Of a DNA stretch of 64,000 bases, positions 53,131 to 64,000 are shown one piece after another. The notes under the pieces are model-generated. The model was not told the DNA's origin, searched no databases, and worked only from the letters and a program-made list of their open reading frames with translations. This DNA comes from an uncultured delta proteobacterium (GTDB lineage Bacteria > Myxococcota > Myxococcia > Myxococcales > Myxococcaceae). Where the stretch lies: NCBI GenBank assembly GCA_963796055.1, contig CAWCKH010000004.1, positions 1,440,001 through 1,504,000 on the forward strand, given 5' to 3'. How positions within the stretch are numbered: position 1 is the first letter of the stretch; the number at the start of each line of letters is the position of its first letter. Both the position numbers and the translations under genes were made by a program.

Positions 53131-53400
53131 ATGGAGGAAGTCGTCTGGCTGCGCAGACAGTCGACACGCCGCGGGTGGGTGCCGTCCACCCCGAGGGACG
53201 TTCGGGAACCGGAAGCTAGAGCTCCCTGCCGAACTGCGACCTGCCTGCCCGGCGCCTACTGCCTCGCCGACGCAGGCCCGCTCTCGTGCATTCCGGCGAA
53301 GCCGTTCGATGCTGCGTGCACCCGGGACGTGGAGTGCATCTCCCTCGTGTGCGAGCCGGGCGCCGATGGGGGCCGGTGCATTCCCCGGCCGTGCCTCTGA
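53131..53400 (+). pseudogene. Remnant of a myxobacterial Cys-rich repeat protein
   Basis: CRTATCLPGAYC..C..AACTRDVECISLVC..DGGRCIPRPCL* at the 3' end; no signal peptide or coherent N-terminus. Confidence 0.45.
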
Positions 53401-53403
53401 TGC

Positions 53404-55490
53404 TCAGGACTTCCGGAGCAGCAGCCCCTCGGCGAAGAAGGCCATCGCCGCGGTGACCACCAGCCAGGTCCAGATCGGCACGCGGCGGTCGGTGGTCCCG
53501 CCCGGGCCGCGTACCGCCTCCTCGCCGAAGTACGCCTGGAGCTGCGCCTCGTCGAGCCGGGTGAGGTCGCTGTCGGCCGGATCCAGCGTCGCCGCGAACT
53601 GCGATCCGGGCAGCAGCTGCCCCCCGGCGTCGAACGTCTTGTACAGCCCCGGCTCGGGCAACGGGCCGACCGTCAGGCTGTGGTCCGCCTCGGTGCGTAC
53701 CGGCACTGCCGGTCCAGATGGCGCCCGGACCGCGGTCACCTGCGCCTGCGGATCGGGCCGCAGGGTCACCGTCTGACCCACGCGGCCGGCGAGCGTCTCG
53801 CGCTCGTCCAGGGCTCCGGCGAGCCACGCCGCCGCCCGCTGCATCAGCGGCAGGTAGCTGGTCCGGATGGCGAAGTCGCTCCAGTCGCGGTCGAGGGTGC
53901 TGGTGAAGAGCAGCACCCGGCCACGTCCGCGGCGCGCAGTGATGAACGCCGGAGCGCCGTCGTCGTACGCCGCCAGGACCTCGGAGCCGTCCGACTTCGC
54001 ACCCCCCTCGACCAGCATGTACCGCTGGAACCGCGCGCCCATGAGCCCCTCGCGCCCGCGCCCGGAGAACGGGGCGAACAGCGGGTCGCCCCAGTGGACG
54101 TCGCCGAGCTTGGCCCATCGTCCATCGCCCGCGCCGGCCTCCGAGCCCGCTGCCTTCACCAGGCGCAGCGGCCGGGGGAGCAGCTCGCCCATCCGTGCGG
54201 TCCAGGCCTCGGGCTCGACCTTGTCCCCCATGGAGAGGAGGAGGCCGCCTCCCCGCTCGACGAAGGCCTTCAGCCGGGCCGCCTCCTCGGTCGACGGCGC
54301 CAGCACGTTGGCCAGCACCACCACGTCGTAGCCCTCCAGTGACTCTCGCAATCCGGCCGACGCGTCCTTCACCACCGGGCGGATGGGCGAGCTGGGAGCG
54401 CTCAGCGCCGCCTCGAGGAAGAAGACCTCGTCCCGGTAGCGCACCGGGCTCGGCGAACCGTCCACCACCAGCGCCCGGAGCTCGCGCGGCACCTGCACCA
54501 CGAAGTCGCGCCGGTCGTCCTCGGACAGTCCATCCGGCGAGAGCGTGACCGCCCCCGCGACGGGTCCGCCCACCTCCGAGCGCACGGTGAGCGTCTTCTG
54601 CGCCGTGCCTCCGGGAGTGAGCGCGAGGAACGTCTTCCCCACCATCCGCCCGCCGAGCTCCACCGTGGCCTGGATCTCCTTGGCCGGGGCGTCGGACACG
54701 TTCCGCACCGTGAAGCTGACCTGGATGGCCCGGGCCCCCGCCTGCGGCGCGGGCTCGGCCCTGAGATCGGCGAGGAAGTGGTTGGGGAGCACCTTCCGGC
54801 CCCGCGCCAGGTCGCGCAGCACCATCTCCGGGCGGACCCGCTTGTCGCCCGCTCCGCGGAGGGTCGGCAGCGGGGTCTCCAGCCGGAGCGAGCCCGCGGT
54901 GAAGGCGGAGACGACGATGATCCGCTTGCCGGCGGTGGGGCTCTCCTCCAGCACGCGGGCCGCCACCTCGAAGCAGCGGCCCAGGTCCGAAGTGGACCAC
55001 GCCGGGACCATCCGGTCCAGCGTCTCCCGGGCCTCGCGCCGGTCCAGCCCGGGCGCGGTGGGCGGCGTCACCTCCGGACCGCAGGGGAGGACGGTGACCG
55101 GGTCGTCGGGGCCGAGGGTGGCGATGGCGCTCCGGGCCTCGCTCCGGGCCTTCTCGAACATGCTCTCGGCGTCCACGAAGCGCATCGCCAGCCCGCGGTC
55201 CACCACCACCACCGTCGCCGCCGGCCCCGCCGCCCGGGAGACTGCCGCCCCGGGGCGCCTGAGCTCGGGCCGGGCCAGCGCCAGCGGGATGGAGAGGAGA
55301 ATCAGCGTCCGCAGGGTGTAGAGCACGATGCGCTTGAGCTTCAGACGCGAGGCGGTGCGCCGCTGGCTCCGGAGCACGAAGGCGATCGCCGCGAACGGAT
55401 GCGGCCGCGGCTTCCGCCGGTCGAAGAGATGCACCGCGAGCGGGATGAGCCCGGCCAGCGCCCCGAGCAGCAGCCACGGCTGGCCGAAGG

Positions 55491-55494
<4 letters not shown>
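53404..55494 (-). CDS. BatA-type N-terminal TM domain + degenerate VWA + Ig-like + GATase-like domain protein
   Basis: MTFGQPWLL..IPLAVHL..F and LRTL..LALARP BatA pattern; VVVVDRGLAM (MIDAS degenerate); FVERGGGLL; C-terminal TM ending EGLL. Confidence 0.88.
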
Positions 55495-56375
<881 letters not shown>

Positions 56376-56386
56376 GGGAGCTCTTG

Positions 56387-57415
56387 CTAGCCCTTCACCA
56401 GCTCCAGCAGCTGCTGGACGATTCGCACGCTGGTGATCCCCTCGCTCTCGGCGGCGAAGTTGGGCAGCACCCGGTGGCGCAGGACGGGCAGGGCGAGCGC
56501 GCGCACGTCCTCGACGGTCGCTGCGAAACGACCCTGGAGCACCGCCCGGGCCTTCGCCGCCACCACCAGGTACTGGCTGGCGCGCGGACCCGCGCCCCAG
56601 TTCACGTGCTTGCGCACCAGCTCGGGAGTGCCAGGCTCCTTCGGCCGGGTCTGCCGCACCAGCTCCACCGCGTAGCGGACGACGTGATCCGGCACCGGGA
56701 CGCGGCGGACCAGTTCTTGAAGGGCGAGGATTTGCTCCGGCGACAGCACCTTGGTGAGCCGCGGGCTGGCTCCCGAGGTGGTGCTCTTGACGATCTGGAA
56801 CTCCTCCTCGGCGGTGGGGTACCCCACGTCGACCAGGAACATGAACCGGTCGAGCTGCGCCTCGGGCAGTGGGTAGGTGCCCTCCTGCTCGATGGGATTC
56901 TGGGTGGCGAAGACCAGGAAGGGCAGGTCCAAGGGATAGGTCTCACCTCCCGCGGTCACCCGGTATTCCTGCATCGCCTGGAGCAGCGCCGCCTGGGTCT
57001 TGGGCGGAGTCCGGTTCACCTCGTCGGCGAGGATGATGTTGGCGAACAGCGGGCCCCGGACGAACCGAAAATCGCGGTGGCCGGTCGCCCGGTCCTCCTC
57101 GAGGATGTCCGTCCCGGTGATGTCCGAGGGCATCAGGTCCGGGGTGAACTGCACGCGGTTGAAGGTGAGGTTCAGCACCTCGGCCAGGGTGGAGATGAGC
57201 AGCGTCTTGGCCAGCCCGGGCACGCCGACGAAGAGGCAGTGCCCCCGGGAGAAGAGGGCGATCAGGAGGTGCTCCACCACCTCCCGCTGACCGACCACCC
57301 GCTTCTCGATCTGCTCGACGATGGCGGTGCGCGCGCGGGCGAGCGCCTCCACTGCCCGCAGATCGGCGCCGGGCTCCACGGCAGTCAGAGGAGTCGAGGT
57401 CATGGGAGAGGTCAT
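56387..57415 (-). CDS. moxR: MoxR-family AAA+ ATPase
   Basis: GVPGLAKT, RVQFTPDLMPSDITG, LADEVNRTPPKTQAALL, ATQNPIEQEGTYPLPEAQLDRF. Confidence 0.95.
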   Translation of the reverse strand: MTSPMTSTPLTAVEPGADLRAVEALARARTAIVEQIEKRVVGQREVVEHLLIALFSRGHCLFVGVPGLAKTLLISTLAEVLNLTFNRVQFTPDLMPSDITGTDILEEDRATGHRDFRFVRGPLFANIILADEVNRTPPKTQAALLQAMQEYRVTAGGETYPLDLPFLVFATQNPIEQEGTYPLPEAQLDRFMFLVDVGYPTAEEEFQIVKSTTSGASPRLTKVLSPEQILALQELVRRVPVPDHVVRYAVELVRQTRPKEPGTPELVRKHVNWGAGPRASQYLVVAAKARAVLQGRFAATVEDVRALALPVLRHRVLPNFAAESEGITSVRIVQQLLELVKG

Positions 57416-59157
57416 AGCCGTTCGGTGGCCGTGGGTTCGGACGCTTTGGCAGACTTCTTGGAGGGCGCCCGGGGTGGGCGGGGAGGCTCGGCCGGGCCCC
57501 GGGGGAGCGCGACGTCGGAGAGGTCGGATTGCGGACCGGGCAGCCGGGCCAGCAGCTCGGGGAGACGATCGGGCGGGACGCCGGTCAGGATGGTGGAAGC
57601 GCTCCGGGCGCGGTCGGCGAGCGGCCTGTCGCCGAGCGACTCGGCCGACTTGAGCAGCGCGAGGTGAATCTCCGGGTCGAACGGGTCCTGCGCCATCGCC
57701 GCCCGGTACGCCGAGCGCGCCTCGGCCCACTCGCCGCGGCTGAGGTAGATGCGGCCGAGGTGGACCTGGGTGGAGGCGAAGCCCGGGTGCGCCTCCAGCG
57801 AGGACAGCAGCACCTTCTCTGCCTCGTCCAGCCGCTTCACCGCCATCAGCGCCAGCGCGTACTTGTTGGAGATGGTTTCGTAGGCGTTGCCCACCAGGGC
57901 ATGCGCCTTCCCGTACTCCTCGGCGGCGGCCACGAAGCGCCCTCGCTCGCGGAACAGCTCGCCCAGGTGTGCCCAGCGCCGGGCCGCCGGATTCTCCACC
58001 TCGTCGAAGTCGCCAAAGGAGATCTCCCGCCCCTTCTTGCCCTCCTCGGGCGGGGTGTTCTTTCCCTTGAGGATGGGTCGCTCCGCTGTGGCCGGGGCCC
58101 GGGTCGCCGGGGTGGGCTGTGCCCGGAGGTACGCCATCCACCCCTTCTCGAACGCGCCGAACGGCCTCCCGGTGGCCTTCTCCACCGCCTGCTGGTCGGT
58201 GGCGCCAGTGCCCATCGCCTCGACGATGGTGCGCAGCGCCCTCATCCCGTGCTCCTTGTGGAGGTACTCGGCGGCGAAGAACACCTCGGCGAAGGCGGTG
58301 GCCGCGTCCTTCCAGGTGGGGAGCTTTGCCATCGAGGGATGCATCCTGGCGAATGGGATGAGGTCGTTCTTCTGCACCCGCTCGGCGAGCAGGGTGCGCG
58401 AGGACGGCGGGAGCGCCTTGCCCGCCGGACCGCGCCAGCGCGACTCGAGGTACTTGGCCAGCGCCTCCTGGAGCCAGATGGGCACCGAGTTGTGCCCGGT
58501 CTGCGTGACGACCAGGTGGGTGTACTCGTGGGCCAGGGTGTCCAGCCAGTCGTAGCCGCGCAGCACCGCCTTGGGGGAGGTCACCATCAGCTTGTTGAAC
58601 TTGCAGATGGCAATGGTGCCGGTCTGGTCGATCTCCCGCTGGGAGAGGGTCGAGACCCGGGCCAGCTCCGAGGCATCGTTCACCACCTCCACCCGCACCT
58701 TGCCCGGCGGAGCGTGCCCGAGGTCCTTCTCCAGCGCCGCCCGCTGCGCCTCGAGCGCCTCCAGCGCGTACGGGGCGAGCACCGCGTCCTTGCCCTTCGG
58801 GTAGAGGAAGACGAAGTGCTCGCTCTCCGCCCGCTCGTGGTCGCGGGTGATGACCAGCGTGTCGCGGGCCAGCCGGAGGTAGCTCCCCGGCCGGTCCTCC
58901 ACCCCGGCCAGCTCGAGCGCCGAGACCGCCTCTGCGTAGCGCCCCTCGCCGAAGGCGACCCGGCCGGTGAAGAAGTCCACCGACTCGTTCTGCTGGCTGC
59001 CCTGCTTAAGGCGCTCGAGCTCCGCGCGGGCGCCGACGTAGTCCTCCTGGTCGAGCAGCTCCTCCAGGGCTCGCACCCGGGCGCGGACGTCCGCGGGCGG
59101 GGCGGCCCAGGCCAGCCAAGACACCAAGATGCAGGCCAGGGCGGAGGCGCGCCTCAC
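57412..59157 (-). CDS. Exported TPR-repeat protein with MA-clan (gluzincin) metallopeptidase domain
   Basis: Signal peptide; LAHEYTH..VPIWLQEALAKY; TPR-like repeats at both ends. Confidence 0.88.
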   Translation of the reverse strand: MRRASALACILVSWLAWAAPPADVRARVRALEELLDQEDYVGARAELERLKQGSQQNESVDFFTGRVAFGEGRYAEAVSALELAGVEDRPGSYLRLARDTLVITRDHERAESEHFVFLYPKGKDAVLAPYALEALEAQRAALEKDLGHAPPGKVRVEVVNDASELARVSTLSQREIDQTGTIAICKFNKLMVTSPKAVLRGYDWLDTLAHEYTHLVVTQTGHNSVPIWLQEALAKYLESRWRGPAGKALPPSSRTLLAERVQKNDLIPFARMHPSMAKLPTWKDAATAFAEVFFAAEYLHKEHGMRALRTIVEAMGTGATDQQAVEKATGRPFGAFEKGWMAYLRAQPTPATRAPATAERPILKGKNTPPEEGKKGREISFGDFDEVENPAARRWAHLGELFRERGRFVAAAEEYGKAHALVGNAYETISNKYALALMAVKRLDEAEKVLLSSLEAHPGFASTQVHLGRIYLSRGEWAEARSAYRAAMAQDPFDPEIHLALLKSAESLGDRPLADRARSASTILTGVPPDRLPELLARLPGPQSDLSDVALPRGPAEPPRPPRAPSKKSAKASEPTATERL

Positions 59158-62100
59158 TTCACCAGCTCCTCGTAGTACTGCTTCACCTGGTCTCGGTATC
59201 GCTCCGGCGTGCCCTGTTTCATCGCATCCAGGAGGTCCTTCCGGAACTCGCGCGGGGCCCCGTTGGGGTCGGCGTCGGGAACCTCGACCGTCTGACGGCT
59301 GAGCTCGTTCCCGCCTTCCTGCTCCCCGCCGGCGAGCAGCGGCAGCGGGAGCCCGCCCTTGCCGCCTCCGCGCTGGCTCTGCTGCATCGACTGCTGGAGC
59401 TGCTCCAGCGAGTCCAGAGCCGCCTTCTGCTCTCCGTAGCCCCGCTGAGGGTCCTTGCCCTCCAGCCGCTCGGTGGCTCCGGCCATCCGGTCGGAGATCT
59501 GCCGCATCGCCTCCTCACCCTGCTCGCCGAAGAGCGGCGCCATCTGCTCGAGCTGGCGCATCTTCTGCTGGAGGTCAGACGCTCGCTGCCCGAGCTTGCG
59601 CTGCCCCTGCGAGAGCTCTTGCAGCTTCTGCCGGTCGGCCTGGCCGAGCTGGGAGGAGAGCGGGGGGAAGAGCTGGTCCAGCTTCTTCCGGATGTCCCGC
59701 ACGGTCTCCGCGTCCTTCTCCAGCCGCTGGGCGAGCTTGCGCGACTTCTCGCGGACGTCGGGCGGGTTCTGGTACGCCTCGTCCAGCGCGCGCTGCTGCT
59801 CGCCGGCGCGCGAGAGCTCCTCGGACTGGCGCACCGCCCGCTGCGCCGCCTCGGCCGCGAGGTCGAAGTCCTCGGACTTCAGCGCGGACTTGAGATCCTC
59901 CAGCTCGGACTTGGCCTGCTCCAGCGGCAGGTCCGCCCGCGGGCTCAGGTCGTTGGGCCCCACCCGCTGGTAGTCCTGCGCCACCTGGTCGGCCTTCTTC
60001 TGGAGCGTCTCCTTGAGCCCGGCCGCCGCCTGCTTCATCCGCTGGCGCATCTGCTCGCGGTAGCGGTCGCGCACCTGACGGGTCTGCTCGGCCAGCTGCT
60101 TCTGCTCCTCGGTGGTGGACTTGAGCGCGTCGCTGAACTCGCGGTAGCGCTTCACCAGCTCCGGGTTGGCGCGGCCGCCCATGCTCTCGGCGCTCTCGTC
60201 GAGCCGCTTCTGCAGCTCGCTCATCTGGGCCTGGAGCTGCTGGAGCCTGGCCAGCGCCTCCTCGGTCTTGCCCTCCTTGAGGAGCTTCTCGATGTCGTCC
60301 AGGCCGCTCTGCATGTCCTGCTGCCGGGCCATCTCCTTGAGCGCCTCGAGGTTGTAGTGCTCGTCCCGGATGCTCTTCTGGAGCTCGGCCATCCGCCGGG
60401 CCAGCTCGTCCACCCGCTTCCGGAGCGCGGCGACTTGCCGGAGGATCTTTTCCTGCAATCCGGGGTCCCGGGTGCTCTGGAACTGCTCGATGAGCTTCGC
60501 CAGCTCCCGCTGCTCGCGGGCCATCTGGGCGGCCAGATCGCGGAGCTCCTCCAGCCGCTGCTGGTCGAGCAGCGTCTCCAGATAGAGCGCGTCCTTCTCC
60601 AGGGCGGAGATCTCCTCCTGGGCCACCCGCGTCAGCCGCCCGTCCATGTCCAGCTCGGCGCGCCGTCCCATCAGGCGGAGCCAGAGCTTGCGCGAGTCGG
60701 CGGTGGTGCGGACGCGGGCTCCGACGTCCTGGCCGACGTGTTGCAGCGCTGCGACCAGCGCCTCGTTGCGGTCGCGCTCATGGGCCAGCGCCCGGCCGGT
60801 GCTCAGGATGTCGCCGGCGAGCGCCAGGCCCGAGGCGTCCACCGGCTCCTGCGCGCGCACCTTGTCCTCGCTCTTGCGGGGGTCGCGGTCCGGACCTTCC
60901 ATGCGCGTGGCGAGGTGCGCCAGGAGGCGCTCCCAGAGCTCGGCAGCTCGCCGCAGCGCCTCCCGGCGGTGCTCGGCGGCGCTGTAGACCACCAGGGTCT
61001 GCTGACGGCTGGTGCCCTTCTGCGGGCCGTCCACCGCGTCGTTGTCCATCGCCTCCACCGCGTAGGTCACCCGGTCCCCCGCGGCGAGATTCAGGGTCGA
61101 GAGTGGCCAGCGATACTGCCCGGCGCTCTTTCGCCCGTCGTCGTGGGCCAGCTTCTGGCGGTGGCTCTGCCCGTCGGCTCCGGTCCACACCAGGGCCAGG
61201 TCCGAGAGCCCGTAATCGTCCGAGGCCTCCCAGCGGAGCAGCACCTCCTGCTCCGGGTCGACCTCCAGCTCCGAGCCAGGCAACAGGATCGAGACCTGCG
61301 GCGGAACGTCCGGCTCCACGGTGAGGGGGAAGTCCGGGCCACGGGCCACCTCGCGGCCGCTCCGACCGGTGAGGACGATGGCGTAGGTGGCGGTGGACTC
61401 GAGCACCAGGCTGCCGCTCAGGTCCCGGCCGTGCTCGACGCGCAGCGGGACGACGGTGCCGCTGTTCACCACCAGCTGGGCGCCGGTGACGGTGCGGTCG
61501 GCGCGAGTGCGGAGCTGGAGCACCGTGCCCTTCGGTCCGGCGAGGTCGCCGGTGCTGGTGACGGTGCGGGGCGCCAGCCCGGTGTAGGCCGGATACTGGT
61601 AGAGCACCTCGAGCTCGCCGGTGACGGGCTCGCGCAGGCTCTGCGCTCCGGATGTCGCCGCGGGCCGCAGCGCGAGCAGCACGGCGCGCATCCGGTCCGG
61701 CCAGACCGCGGTGACGACCGCCAGGGTGGCCAGCGCGGCGAGCGCGACGAAGCCGGCCCGGCGGACCGCCCCCCGGTCGACCACGGCCTGCGCATCGAGC
61801 TGGGCCGTCCGCGCATCCACCGAGCGGAGGTGGGCGAGCGCCAGCTCGGTGGAGAAGGACGGATCGTGCGCCAGCGCCCGGCGGAGCTCGAGCGCGGCGA
61901 GCAGGTCGAGGGAGACGCCAGGCATCCGGGCTGCCACCAGCCGCGCGGTGCGGAACGGATTGCCCGCGGCGCGCGTCCAGTGACGCCAGATGCGCTCGGC
62001 CACCAGCGCGAGCGCCACCAGAACCGTCGCTCCGATGAGGCAGCGCACCCCCCGCGGCCAGGTCCTGGCCAGCAGGCCCGCCAGGACCACCCCGAAGCCC

Positions 62101-62297
62101 AGGCTGGCCGCGCCGAGGAGCGCCACCTCGAGGGCGACCGCCCGGGCCTGCCGGTGCCGCACTGCGTTCAGAAAACGCTCGACGGCCGCGCCCGCCGCTG
62201 CGTCCGGCAACGGGGGAGGGGCGGAGTCGGTCTCCGGGGCGGAGTGCAGCAGATTCACGGCAGAATCGGAGGGCGCGCGAGCGGCGCCGGGCGACAA
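59154..62297 (-). CDS. DUF4175-family membrane-anchored protein with long Gln/Glu-rich coiled coil (start uncertain; GTG at 62258 possible)
   Basis: Three N-terminal TM helices, YPAYTG, PDVPPQV, ASDDYGL, AMDND..GP, C-terminal PERYRDQVKQYYEEL. Confidence 0.88.
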   Translation of the reverse strand: MSPGAARAPSDSAVNLLHSAPETDSAPPPLPDAAAGAAVERFLNAVRHRQARAVALEVALLGAASLGFGVVLAGLLARTWPRGVRCLIGATVLVALALVAERIWRHWTRAAGNPFRTARLVAARMPGVSLDLLAALELRRALAHDPSFSTELALAHLRSVDARTAQLDAQAVVDRGAVRRAGFVALAALATLAVVTAVWPDRMRAVLLALRPAATSGAQSLREPVTGELEVLYQYPAYTGLAPRTVTSTGDLAGPKGTVLQLRTRADRTVTGAQLVVNSGTVVPLRVEHGRDLSGSLVLESTATYAIVLTGRSGREVARGPDFPLTVEPDVPPQVSILLPGSELEVDPEQEVLLRWEASDDYGLSDLALVWTGADGQSHRQKLAHDDGRKSAGQYRWPLSTLNLAAGDRVTYAVEAMDNDAVDGPQKGTSRQQTLVVYSAAEHRREALRRAAELWERLLAHLATRMEGPDRDPRKSEDKVRAQEPVDASGLALAGDILSTGRALAHERDRNEALVAALQHVGQDVGARVRTTADSRKLWLRLMGRRAELDMDGRLTRVAQEEISALEKDALYLETLLDQQRLEELRDLAAQMAREQRELAKLIEQFQSTRDPGLQEKILRQVAALRKRVDELARRMAELQKSIRDEHYNLEALKEMARQQDMQSGLDDIEKLLKEGKTEEALARLQQLQAQMSELQKRLDESAESMGGRANPELVKRYREFSDALKSTTEEQKQLAEQTRQVRDRYREQMRQRMKQAAAGLKETLQKKADQVAQDYQRVGPNDLSPRADLPLEQAKSELEDLKSALKSEDFDLAAEAAQRAVRQSEELSRAGEQQRALDEAYQNPPDVREKSRKLAQRLEKDAETVRDIRKKLDQLFPPLSSQLGQADRQKLQELSQGQRKLGQRASDLQQKMRQLEQMAPLFGEQGEEAMRQISDRMAGATERLEGKDPQRGYGEQKAALDSLEQLQQSMQQSQRGGGKGGLPLPLLAGGEQEGGNELSRQTVEVPDADPNGAPREFRKDLLDAMKQGTPERYRDQVKQYYEELVK

Positions 62298-62464
62298 CCC
62301 CGGACCCCGCTCCGTCCTTCCACATGGACACTCCAGAGCATGGCCTGTGCCGGGGTGTCCTGGGAAGTGGTGCGGCCGAGCGGGGTGGCAGCCGCTGAAC
62401 GCGCCCAGAAGACGAGCGGTTCAGTAGCCACGGGTTGGCGGCCCCTCCGGCCGCCCGGGAAGGC

Positions 62465-62863
62465 TCAGGGGTGTGTGCCGGCGGGCCGTGGTCGCGCCTG
62501 GGCCCTGGGGGCGCCGGACCTCGGCCGGGCCGACGCGGGCACGAAGCTGGTCGGGCCAGTCACCGTGAGGTGCGGTCGGAGCCGCTCGAAGCGCTTCTTG
62601 CTGACACCCCGGACCCGCATCACCTCCTCGGGCCGGCTGAAGGGGCGCGCCGCGCGCTCGGCCACCACCGCGGCGGCGACCTTGGGACTGATGCCCGGAA
62701 GCGCGTCGAGCTGGTCCAGGGTGGCAGTGTTCAGGTTCACCACCCCCGTCCCGACCGTCCGCTTCGCCTTCCCGGCCGTGGCCGAGCCGGGAGGCACCGG
62801 GGCGGCACGCGCCCCGCTGGCCGAGAGCACCGCGGCGGCGAGCACCCATCCGCGGCCGTTCAC
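62465..62863 (-). CDS. comEA: ComEA-family helix-hairpin-helix DNA-binding protein
   Basis: Signal peptide; VNLNTATLDQLDALPGIS..AAAVV..R..PF..EEVMRVRGVS. Confidence 0.9.
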   Translation of the reverse strand: MNGRGWVLAAAVLSASGARAAPVPPGSATAGKAKRTVGTGVVNLNTATLDQLDALPGISPKVAAAVVAERAARPFSRPEEVMRVRGVSKKRFERLRPHLTVTGPTSFVPASARPRSGAPRAQARPRPAGTHP

Positions 62864-63090
62864 TGGGCGCCCCCCACCGCGGCCAGCTTGGTCTCGGCCG
62901 TCGCCTCGGCGGCCTCGCGGCGGTCACCCGCCTCGCGCACGTGCAGCTTGCCGTCGAGCGGCAGCACATCGAGGAGCACGTTCAGCGAGCCATCGCGGTT
63001 CACGAACGCCGACCCTGCCCGTACCCAGACCGTTCCACCCTTCCCTTCGCGGATGGAGAACACCGCCAGCCGCTTTCCTGTCGTCAGCAC
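62860..63090 (-). CDS. Small hypothetical protein, putative ssDNA-binding beta-sheet fold
   Basis: GGAGG SD; VFSIRE..WVRAGSAFVNRDGSLNVLLDVLPLDGKLHVRE; 4-nt overlap with the comEA start. Confidence 0.85.
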   Translation of the reverse strand: MLTTGKRLAVFSIREGKGGTVWVRAGSAFVNRDGSLNVLLDVLPLDGKLHVREAGDRREAAEATAETKLAAVGGAQ

Positions 63091-63169
63091 CTTCCACCTC
63101 CACGCCCTTGGTCCGGACCGACATGGCCCGGCGTCGGCCCGTCGATGCGGACCGCACGCCGGGGGCCAG

Positions 63170-63186
63170 AGCAGCGGGCGTGCCAG
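63170..63186 (-). promoter_or_regulatory. Sigma54 (-24/-12) promoter of the small protein-comEA operon
   Basis: Minus strand CTGGCACG-CCCG-CTGCT with correct GG-N10-GC spacing, about 80 nt upstream of the start. Confidence 0.7.
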
Positions 63187-63366
63187 GCGGGCTCCGTCGA
63201 GCGCGCACCACCAGCGGTCCGCAGCCCCGGACCGGTCTCCGCCATTCTGGACGGGTGTTCAGTCACGCCGCGCCCGCCTCGGCCCTGGTCCGCTCGCTGC
63301 ACAGGCGGTCGGTCGTCGGCGAGGCGCGGGGTAGGGTCCGGCCTCCCTGCGGAGACCAGGACACCG

Positions 63367-64000
63367 ATGCGAAGCCTTTCTCTTTCCGTCCTTCTCGTCG
63401 CCTGCGGCGCGGTCGCCGCGGAGCCGCCGGGTCGCGACACGCCGCTGCCAACGCTGCCGTACGCGCCAGGGCTCGACCCGAGCGCCATGGACCGCAGCGC
63501 GGACCCGTGCGTGGACCTCTACGCCTTCTCGTGCGGCGGCTGGCAGAAGCTCAATCCCATCCCCCCCGACCAGGCCACCTGGAGCGTCTACGGCAAGCTG
63601 CAGGACGAGATCCAGCGGCACCTCTGGGGGCTGCTCCAGACGGCGGCGGATCCGTCGTCGGCACGCAGCCCGGTCCAGGCGCAGATCGGCGACTACTTCG
63701 CCGCCTGCATGGACGAGGCGCGCATCGAGGCGCTGGGGAGCAAGCCGCTCCAGCCGGCCCTGGCGGCGCTGGCGAAGGTCAAGGACCGCCGGGGGCTCGC
63801 CGCGTGGCTCGCCGCGCAGCACCTCGCGGCGACGTCGAGCGAGCTGCTGTTCGGTTTCGGCTCGCAGCAGGACGCCACCGACGCGACGCAGTTCATCGCC
63901 GCGGCCTGGGCTGGTGGTCTCGGGCTGCCGGACCGCGACGACTACCTGGACCAGGATCCGAAGTCGAAGCAGCTGCGGGAACGGTACCGCGAGCACGTGG
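63367..64000 (+). CDS. M13 family metallopeptidase (neprilysin/PepO-like), 3'-partial
   Basis: Absent from the ORF track because it has no stop in the window. Signal peptide, MDRSADPCVDLYAFSCGGW..NPIPPD, IGDYFAACMD, GGLGLPDRDDY. Confidence 0.93.
   Translation, partial: MRSLSLSVLLVACGAVAAEPPGRDTPLPTLPYAPGLDPSAMDRSADPCVDLYAFSCGGWQKLNPIPPDQATWSVYGKLQDEIQRHLWGLLQTAADPSSARSPVQAQIGDYFAACMDEARIEALGSKPLQPALAALAKVKDRRGLAAWLAAQHLAATSSELLFGFGSQQDATDATQFIAAAWAGGLGLPDRDDYLDQDPKSKQLRERYREHV

Noticed and set aside
62304..62455. 6S RNA or SRP RNA identity for the structured spacer
   Set aside because: Lacks the SRP GGAA-loop/AGCAG motif and the single long rod with central bubble of 6S.

Overview
Very GC-rich bacterial chromosome segment, most likely Myxococcota, judged from the Dif-type chemosensory cluster, the MglA/SofG-like GTPase, the REC-DUF4388 protein and a gene order resembling my recollection of the Myxococcus hrcA-sofG-dif-grpE/sglK-liv region. 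It holds about 55 CDS. Core genes are glnA (one frameshift), hrcA, a DinG-family helicase, thiL, larB/larC, grpE-dnaK, livKHMGF, hsp20, thpR, proS, nagZ, gshB and comEA, plus a five-gene DUF4175 / TPR-metallopeptidase / MoxR / DUF58 / BatA-VWA operon. I saw no rRNA, tRNA, CRISPR array, transposase or prophage gene. The most notable observations are: (1) a LytS kinase - LytTR regulator - catalytically dead LytS paralogue module; (2) a sigma54-type promoter ahead of a small putative ssDNA-binding protein coupled to comEA, followed by a three-hairpin spacer and the MoxR operon; (3) a steroid 5-alpha-reductase / hydrolase / P450 cluster; (4) two genes that appear to start at CTG behind strong Shine-Dalgarno sites; (5) a 24-nt palindromic REP-like element present twice, 21 kb apart; (6) several start-less gene remnants and frameshifts, reflecting either erosion or assembly error. 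All family calls come from motif recognition by eye, not database searches.
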